A stretch of DNA of 64,000 nt from Octopus vulgaris (lineage: Eukaryota): contig OX597814.1 of assembly GCA_951406725.2 (NCBI GenBank), positions 98,518,001 through 98,582,000 on the forward strand, read 5' to 3'. Shown one piece after another: positions 56,088-64,000 of this stretch. The notes below the pieces were generated by a model. That model saw nothing but the letters and a program-made list of their open reading frames with translations. It made no database searches and was not told the origin of the DNA. Positions within the stretch are counted from its first letter, which is position 1, and every line of letters starts with the position of its first letter. The translations under genes were made by a program, and so were the position numbers.

Positions 56088-56415
56088 GCCAGCATGGCTC
56101 AGTAGTTAGAGCGTTGGGCTCACAATCACGTGGTAGTGAGTTCGATTCCCGGACTGAGCTGTGTGTTGTGTTCTTGAACAAGTCACTTTATTTCACGTTG
56201 CCCCAGCTGTAGAAATGAGTTGCGACGTCACTGGTGCAAAGGTGAATCGGCCTTTGCCTTTCCCTTGGACAACATCAGTGACATGAAAAGGGGAGGCTTG
56301 TATGCATGAGCGACTGCTGGTCTTCCGTAAACAATATTGCTTGGACTTGTGCCTTGGAGGGTAACTTTCTCGGTACAATCCCATGGTCATTCATGACTGA
56401 AAGGGGTCTTTACCC
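56088..56415 (+). mobile_element. tRNA-derived SINE, third family
   Basis: tggctcagtagttagagcg (A box) and gagttcgattccc (B box), followed by gtgttgtgttcttgaacaagtcactttatttcac rather than a tRNA acceptor stem. A related degenerate copy lies on the minus strand at about 59340-59520. Confidence 0.75.
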
Positions 56416-57348
56416 TAAGTAAATATAATTTGATATCACTATATACACATTTAAATGTAAAACAATGAAAAACTATTGGTGTAATGACCTTCTCTAGACA
56501 CAACATAATAAAGAAATTGTTTCCGATAATCCATATTATTTGAAACTATATACTAACTTTTTGAAGACGGCTCTGGAACAATGCTGATAGTCGAAGTTCA
56601 TTTCAGAGCCCTACACCAGTTGCTTGCTATGTCTGTGCAACATACCATGAAGTCATTTACGTTTACCAAAAAAAAAAAGATAATAATAATAATGAAGCAG
56701 TTCCTCCAGGGTCTGCACCCGTTGTACGTCAGGTGAGAAAGCAACTTCATAATGTTAATGTGATTCAAAGTATTTGTTTTTACCCTTTCTTCCAATTTCT
56801 TTCATTCTTTCATAGATTTCAGCCAAAAGGCTGCAACCATGCTGGAGCACCGTTAGTGTAGTCACCTTTTCAATGGCCATTCTTATACGATTAACTTTTA
56901 GTGAAGTAGTGTGTTTGACGTTGCTAGCTTCTTTTCAGTTTCTTACCGTGACATAGGTTCATCTAAGACCTTGGGGAGAAAGAAATCTAGTTGTTTCTTC
57001 AAAACAAACATCTACTCCTACTAGAAGATCCCTCAGATGTTTTGGCAAGGCATTACATAGCTGTGGGCCCTTGAATCCCAAGCGTTTGCAGTACATGGTC
57101 CTCACTCTAGACGGAGTAGATGAGACCTTTGGCCAGCATATTCACTTTTAAAATACCTGTTAAGTCTTTGTAAAATAAAAATACACTTTTGTTAAACAGC
57201 TTATCAATTATCATACGCTTCCTAACACTCATACCACTGTCTTAGGTAAATAATCATCATTTCTATAATATGCGTTCACCATTGTTAAATGAGCCGACAA
57301 AGGAAACTCAATGATATCGTTAGATCTGCTAGAAACTAGTCATATCTC

Positions 57349-57803
57349 GGATCTTTTCGGTTTGAACGGCAGTTTTTAACATAATTTCTAGGTAACTAAA
57401 AAATTTTAAACTTCGTATACTGGTAGAACGTGTTTATAAAATATCTTTTTCTCTTGGCTTTATTGAGAAAATTCTATAGTTTGTAAGATATTTGGTCTTT
57501 AATTTCTTGCATTTCGACAATTTCAACCAATCAAAGACCGTCTATTGAGGTGAAAACATTCTGTGCCGTATGAATATGTCCCTCGTTTAAGAAACAGATT
57601 GGGTTTATTTACATTTGTGAAGAAACAAATATACCCTTCCCCCCACCCCTAACCCTAACCCTAACCTTAACCCTCACTAACCCTAACTAACCCTAACCCT
57701 AAAACAGATTGAAGTGCAATAGATCGATTCTAGGGTCATAATTATGGGTGACAATTTCATATGACACCGCTAGAAAAAACTGCCGTTCAAACCGAAAAGA
57801 TCC
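57349..57803. mobile_element. MITE, 455 bp, 29-bp perfect TIRs, 8-bp TSD, internal (CCCTAA)n
   Basis: ggatcttttcggtttgaacggcagttttt / aaaaactgccgttcaaaccgaaaagatcc. Flanks catatctc and cacatctc. Telomere-like hexamers at 57647-57702. Confidence 0.9.
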
Positions 57804-59590
57804 CACATCTCTCAGAAATATGCTCTATCGTGTTAAACAAAGGTACCCGTTGGATAATGATAATGTATTCCATGCGCTACCTATGTCCCCTACACATAGA
57901 GAACAGGCAGGATGGTCTCGGCTAAAATGTCTTTAATCATAGGTCTGTTTATAGTAGTCTTTATATGCATTTACTATTTGCCTATGTATGTGTACATTCG
58001 TTTTGAGCGCGTGCTTGTGTGTAGGTGTATGTGCGAGCGCATGAAATTGAAGGCGTAAAAGTTTCTCTTTTATATTCGCATAGACCGTATGTTGCTACCC
58101 TACCTTTGTATGAGCTAATGAATTTTTTAAACGTTTTGACCTTGGTGACATTTCTCTCACAAACCTTTGTCTTGCTACACCTCATTTTAACCACCACTCT
58201 TCCCAGATCATTTCCTACCTCACGTACTTTTCTGTGTTGTTATGACATAGTATACTTATGTGCAAGCGTAGACATATGCATATGTATTCATATATACGCA
58301 TCTGTATATGTCAGATGCGTTCGTAAGTGTGTTTAAGTATTCGAATGTCTACTTATGTGTGCGTGCGTGTGTGTATGTGCGAATGTTGGATATGTGTGTG
58401 CATATATACATAATGTCGTTTCTAAGTAACTTGTCAACGGCTTTTCCTTCCTCTCTATTCCCTGTTACTCTTGTCTTATGACGTACCACCATTCTCTCTA
58501 CTTGATCTCCTGTCCCTACATACGCCGTTTCTATATTTTTCAGACATTCATATCATATCTATTTTCTTTCTTGACGAAGAAGACGAAAAACACTTTTGGT
58601 CAAAGTGCTTGGATTTATTTTATTTTTTTTTAATGTTAATAATCTCATTCTTATCGACTGAGAGCGTCACTAACTTCGTTTCACTTTAATACTTAAGTTT
58701 TTTTTTAAAAATCTAAATAGAGTTATAAGCCTACATCGCATCAAAAAATACTTCAACTCTTACTAGATATTAACCTTTCCTAAACATGTAATAAGACCGC
58801 CATTGGAGTAGATCTTCTCTTGCTTATGAGACAAGTGCCCATTGTTACACCCTGTAAAGCGTTCTACATCATATCCAAAATAAGGTGATGCAGTTGATTA
58901 ATAAAGATCAACTCACCAGCATGCTACAATCCCAGCTAAAAAGGAAGTTTCTTCTTTCTATCTTGTCTACAATACTACAATGATCTCAGTTTGTTTAAAC
59001 TAGCAGGCGCAGCAGACCACCTTTATCCAAATAGATCAGACAATTCACTCTCTTGCTCCTAAGTTTTTTTTTTGTTTTTTTTTACTGAGTTTCATCACAT
59101 CTTGGTTCCACAATACACATGTTACACAGTCATTCCTCTACAGAGCTGCAGCCCTTCAAATTCCTTCTTTCCGCTCGTTCTGCTTTTAAATATACGAAAA
59201 AAGAACTGAACATCAACCGCGGAGAGCTTGAAAATGTCATTTATTCACTATCCTTCCTCTCCTGTGGCTAAGTAATGGACATTATTGTTCCAAGCCCTTT
59301 GACTCGTAATTTCAGTTACCCAGTTTCCTTGACATATTAGTTACTGAGATCACAACGTCTCCCTTGAACGGGATGCTTCTCCATTGCATCGTTACTAATT
59401 TACGGCGGAATGGACGGGAGCAACCTAAAATGAAGTGTTTTGCTCAAGAACACAGCGGTCCACGAACCGAAACCACGATCTTGTGATCATAAATGTAAGA
59501 CCTTAACTACTAGGTTACGCACGTCCATTAAATAATAATAAAGGAGTGCTAATATACAAATAAAAACAGTAAATAAGAAATCATACTTAC

Positions 59591-59785
59591 CGTTAGCACA
59601 GTTAACGTTCCATGGGTAATCGCATGTGAATGCTTTATCATTCCAAAAGCGGCCTCGGGCACAGGACATGACGACACCTAAATAATTACCACTGCTCAAC
59701 TGGCTACATGATACATATTTGGTGCAATCGGACGGATGAGCATTGTAATAAATCTTGTTGGAAAATCGGTTACTGTCACAGGCAT
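59591..59785 (-). CDS. Pif/LamG3-like protein exon, chitin-binding peritrophin-A (ChtBD2/CBM14) domain
   Basis: ttaacag|AT..AAC G|gtaagt, phase 1-1. Encodes ACDSNRFSNKIYYNAHPSDCTKYVSCSQLSSGNYLGVVMSCARGRFWNDKAFTCDYPWNVNCAN (HP.DC.KY..C..M.C..G..W.....CD.P..V.C). Confidence 0.93.
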
Positions 59786-60189
59786 CTGTTAAGGAAAAAA
59801 AAACACTTTTGTATTAAATTTTTGAACTTACACTCTGTACTTGTTTATACTCTTACTAATTTAGCTTAAATATGATTTATTCTAAAACAGTTATGCTCGG
59901 AGAAATAAAATATCCATAAAATTGTATTGAGTTTCGTAGAAAATTGAGATGAAAAAGGCATTAATTAATAAACTTGGAATCAATTTACTAAATGCGTTTC
60001 AACTTCGAAATAGTATGATTAAATGTTACGTTTTGCTCTATAAACAGTGATTACTTCGTTTGATTAAAATAACAGTCTACTTGAGAAGTAAACAATACCA
60101 CCAGAAGACTTTTGGCTATTACAAATAACTGCTAAAACACACACCGTTGATCTGGAAATAAATAACAATAACAATAACACATTTTGATA

Positions 60190-60800
60190 CGAGGAATTGT
60201 TTTTAACTTGGGAAAAATCAGCAATTTTGATGGAATGGAGTACAGTCGATAATATAGATACCAGTACTTAATTTTATCGATACCGAAAGAATGAAAGCCA
60301 AAGCTGATCTCCACGAGATATAACTGCAGAATGTAGAAAGCCGGAAGTATATTTGATATAAAGAATAGTTTCAATTTTTGACTCAAGGCCAACAATTTTG
60401 GGGAAGAGGGTAAATCGATTACATCGACCTCAGAGTTCAACTGATACTTATTTTATCGACCCGGAAAGGATGGAGAGCAAAATTGAACTCGGCAGAATTT
60501 GAACTCAGAACGTGCACACGGACGAAATACCGCAAAACATTTTGGCCGGCGTACTGACGATTCTACTAGGTTGCCGCCTAATATAATAATAATCATACTG
60601 ATTTCAAATTTTGGTACCAGGCCAGCAATTTGTGGCGGGGGAGCTGAGTCGATTATGTCGACCTCTCAACTACTACTTATTTAATCGATCCCGAAAGGAT
60701 GAAAAACAAAATCATCTTCGGTGGAATTTGATCATGCAAAGAACCGAATGCCGATAAGCATTTTGCCTGGCGCGCTTACAACCCTGCTAACTCGCCACCT
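60190..60800 (-). mobile_element. Three head-to-tail degenerate SINE family B copies (tail type 2)
   Basis: cttaattt/ttttatcga..cgaaaggatg recurs at about 60270, 60450 and 60680, with tttcaa(a)ttttgg..ggcca(g/a)caattt tails. Confidence 0.7.
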
Positions 60801-60965
60801 TCACATTTGATATAAATAATGATTTCTAATATTCAATCTTTATCATTCAAAGAAGCTAATTCAACTATAAGACAAAATTAAAATTGCTATATGGTAAAAC
60901 CTGCCCCAAATGAATAAACATGCACTTATGTAGCCAATATTTCTGTGAAATGAATGTCACACATA

Positions 60966-61182
60966 CGAGGGATACTGAAAATATCCTGGCTTTAAGGATA
61001 TCGAGAAAGGCCGGGGTGGCGGCCCAACCTTCCGAGTTCTTTTACAGGGCTTAGAAAAATTGAACTACCGCTGCAAGAAGTGTGTGAATCTGAGAGGAGA
61101 ATATGTTGAATTAAATCATAACTGACTGATTCTCTTGTATTTTGTTTTTGCTCAGGACCAAGAACTTTTCAGCAGCCCCTCG
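60966..61182 (+). mobile_element. Short mariner deletion derivative
   Basis: TA-flanked TIRs cgagggatactgaaaatatcctgg / ccaagaacttttcagcagcccctcg. Retains the transposase C-terminus GLEKLNYRCKKCVNLRGEYVE. Confidence 0.8.
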
Positions 61183-61303
61183 TATAGATATTATTGCCAA
61201 ATAACTAAAAGATACCTCTGCCTATCATTTAGTAAAATTGTACATAAAGTTACTCCATTACTCTTTTAGATAAAATCTCTCTAGAATTATCTTATCATTT
61301 TAG

Positions 61304-61320
61304 CAGTAGTTGTTGTTGTT

Positions 61321-61408
<88 letters not shown>

Positions 61409-61418
61409 CAGCAGCAGT
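61304..61418. repeat. (GTT)/(TAG)n/(CAG) trinucleotide microsatellite
   Basis: Directly visible. Confidence 0.95.
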
Positions 61419-63116
61419 AAATTTGTGCTAATTCAATCAACTATATATCTTCACAAGCAAATGTTAATATGTTACATTTTCTGTGAAGGTCATGCTATAA
61501 GATTATTTCATAAAAATATGTTTTCATGCACACATACGCACACACACATACGCACACACACACACGCACATACATAAAAGAGAGAGAGAGAGAGAAGTGG
61601 GGACAGAGGTGGGAGGAATAGAGCATCTAGGTGTGATTGCTACATGTAAGACAAGGGCATTCAATGCCAGGCTGGAAGAGTTTATCATAATATAGCAACA
61701 TATTCCAAATTATATGAAAAAGGAAAAGGAGAAAGAAACACTCTATAGTCAATATCTCGCATGATATCCTATCAAGGAAGTAACCCAAACTGAAAGTTAA
61801 AAATAGGGTCTTATCGTAGCTGCAAAATTCCCAGCCCCCCAAAATTAAAATTACAAAAAAAAAATACAAAAAAAACACACAGCATTATAGAAAAACTATG
61901 CTAGCATCAAACAGCATGCTAATACCAAGCACTCCAAACCATCCACGTTAGTATCAAGTTAGCCATCTTTAGTCCTCTGCTTCCGAGCTGAAATAGAAGT
62001 GCTACTGGAAAACCGCATCTTTTTGGAATCGGTTAGCTCAACCCCACAGCAATTCTTTCGGCTGTAGCTTTGTTTCTACACTGCTCCTCTCAAACTCAAA
62101 GTCATTGACTGTCTTTTTACTGTTGTGTTTCAGTGCACGGGCTTGCTGCACGAACGACGCTTTCTTCGCGTTTTGCATTGAAAAAACTGGGACAATTCTC
62201 TCCCCGAGCTAGTTTTTAGTGATGCCTCTACTATGCACTTGTTTACTAATTTCTCTTCTACTTTATTGTTCTCTATCCATACTTAGCTAATACTAACGGA
62301 TGCAGATCTAATTTCACTCTTTAGAAAGGGTTACAGTTGTGAAAGATACATGCAGTTTCTGGTAACATAGTTCCTCCTTATTGTTCTTATTGACTGCACG
62401 GATCACGATTTTGTAGCCTATGCGGTGAACATCTCGAAGTTAAAGAAAGCTTACACTAAGGTATCGGTTAAACCAAGTAAAACCTCTCTTTTAAAATATA
62501 GACCCTCATGATTATCGAAGTCCTCATTGGCGCATTGCCAAAACCAAGTATCTCATAAGAAACTACCTCAAAAGACTTGTGGGTTTTTTGTTTTGCCTTC
62601 CTCTGGTGACAACTCTCAGACAATCCCCACCTGCTGTCAATGTATCAATTCAGTCATCCACTAACTTTAATAAGGGAGATATTCCAAAGGATATCTCTAG
62701 ACATCCAAAGAAATCAGGCCGTCCAGTTACTGTCGAGGGCTAAGCTGCCACTAATGTAAAGCCAACAACTGTTGGAGTCCAAAACCACCAGCTTATGCAA
62801 GTCAAGGAAATCGTACTTGTTACTTCATTCAAGCTTTTCCGAAAAAGAGCACTTCCTTGCCACTAGAGATTTTGAACAGTTGTTACTGCTTCTACGCTGA
62901 TCCCTGGTCACATTCATTTTAACAGCGTCTTCTTAGTCTGAGCATCTTAAAGTGGGGAGAAGATAATATCAAATATGAAAACAAATATATCCTGCACTAA
63001 CGTTAATCTTTTACTATACCCTTGGAAGAGACCTACAACAACTTGTCTAGAATATTTTATAAGGCTCCGAAGTCATGTAGAAAGCCTTTTCTCCAAGATC
63101 CAACATTCCTGGAGAC

Positions 63117-63350
63117 TTAATCCGCTGTCTGTCTTTGTTTGTCCCCTCTGTGTTTAGCCCCTTGTGGGTAGTAAAGAAATAGGTATTTCGTTCGTCTTTA
63201 TGTTCAGAGTTCAAAAATCTGCCGAGGTTGACTTTGCCTTTCATCCTTTCGGGGTCGATAAAATAATGTACCAGTTGAATGCTGAGGTCGTTGTAATCGA
63301 TTTGCCCGCTTCCACAAAATTGCTGGCCTTATTTCAAAATTTGAAACCAT
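63117..63350 (+). mobile_element. 5'-truncated dimeric SINE family B (tail 1, headless body, tail 2)
   Basis: ttaatccgctgtctgtc..gtgggtagtaaagaaata|ggtatttcgttcgtc..gagttcaaa..aaaattgctggccttatttcaaaatttgaaacc. Confidence 0.78.
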
Positions 63351-63551
63351 TTATTATTATTATTGAGTGAGAGAGCAGCACACGCCATCAAAGTGACGCT
63401 GGGGTAGAAATATACGAAGCCCAGTATATAATCATCATGACTACTCGTCTGATAAGGGCATCCATCTACGAAATTCCACAATTACACTCACAGTATAAAG
63501 CTACCCCATTACTCTTTTAGATAAAATCTCTCTAGATTTATCTTATCATTT

Positions 63552-63587
<36 letters not shown>

Positions 63588-63599
63588 CAATAATAATTA

Positions 63600-63960
63600 T
63601 AATAAAATCAATATGAGAGGTATAGAAAAAATAGCAAAGTACCAGGACCAAGCCATTGATTTACAGAGACTAGGACCATGCCATTGAGTTACAGAGTTAC
63701 AGAGACTATGGAAAGTGCGGGTAAAATATATCCCAGTAGTTGTAGGTGCATTAGGAACTATCCCTAAAGATTTGAACAAATGTATAGAGAAAAGAGGCAT
63801 AAAACCCAGTTTAGTACAGCTCCAGGAAACAGTGCTATTAGGGAAAGCTACGATATTTAGGAGGGTTCTCGGCATCTAAGGTTACTTGTTGTAGCCTGAC
63901 GTTAGGAATCTTTCTTTTCCAACAGTCTAATTTGTTGTGTGTACATGTATAATAATAATA
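63600..63960 (+). mobile_element. R4/Dong-clade retrotransposon 3' end
   Basis: EKIAKYQD..RLWKVRVKYIPVVVGALGTIPKDL..LQETVLLGKATIFRRVLGI*, then a 3' UTR ending in (TAA)n. It starts at a (TAG)/(TAA) tract. Confidence 0.85.
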
Positions 63961-64000
63961 CGTATCTCTATAACTCAATTTCATAAAAGAGTTTCGAAAG

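Noticed and set aside
56090-56160. Functional tRNA gene
   Set aside because: A/B boxes are present, but there is no convincing acceptor stem and the sequence runs into a SINE body.
57647-57702. Chromosome end or fusion scar
   Set aside because: Short degenerate tract inside a TIR/TSD-bounded MITE.
61920-62940. Possible very old LINE remnant (NRTCYFIQAFPKKSTSLPLE near 62810)
   Set aside because: Too degenerate to support boundaries or family.

Overview
AT-rich, intron-containing animal genomic DNA crowded with microsatellites and transposon relics. The SINE and mariner repertoire looks cephalopod, probably Octopus; this is an inference from recalled repeat sequence, not a database match. I reconstructed two convergent protein-coding genes by hand from GT-AG splice sites with compatible phases. 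(1) + strand: an extracellular, probably GPI-anchored alpha-carbonic anhydrase, six exons at 3404-22881, whose signal-peptide exon(s) were not found in the window. (2) - strand: a Pif/LamG3-like chitin-matrix protein, seven exons at 59785-42180, whose 5' end was not found. It has two chitin-binding-type domains, then about 29 silk-like C-x5-C-x10-C-x-C modules (including a homogenised 10 x 138-bp array with four frame-disrupting indels), then a C-terminal LamG-like domain. The remainder is mariner/Tc1 elements, Helitron pieces, MITEs with 8-bp target duplications, CR1-, RTE-, Tx1/L1-, R4/Dong- and Penelope-like retroelement fragments, several tRNA-derived SINE families, large palindromes (some with hammerhead-like motifs) and simple repeats. 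Most ORFs in the supplied track are microsatellite artefacts. No prokaryotic features or CRISPR arrays were seen.
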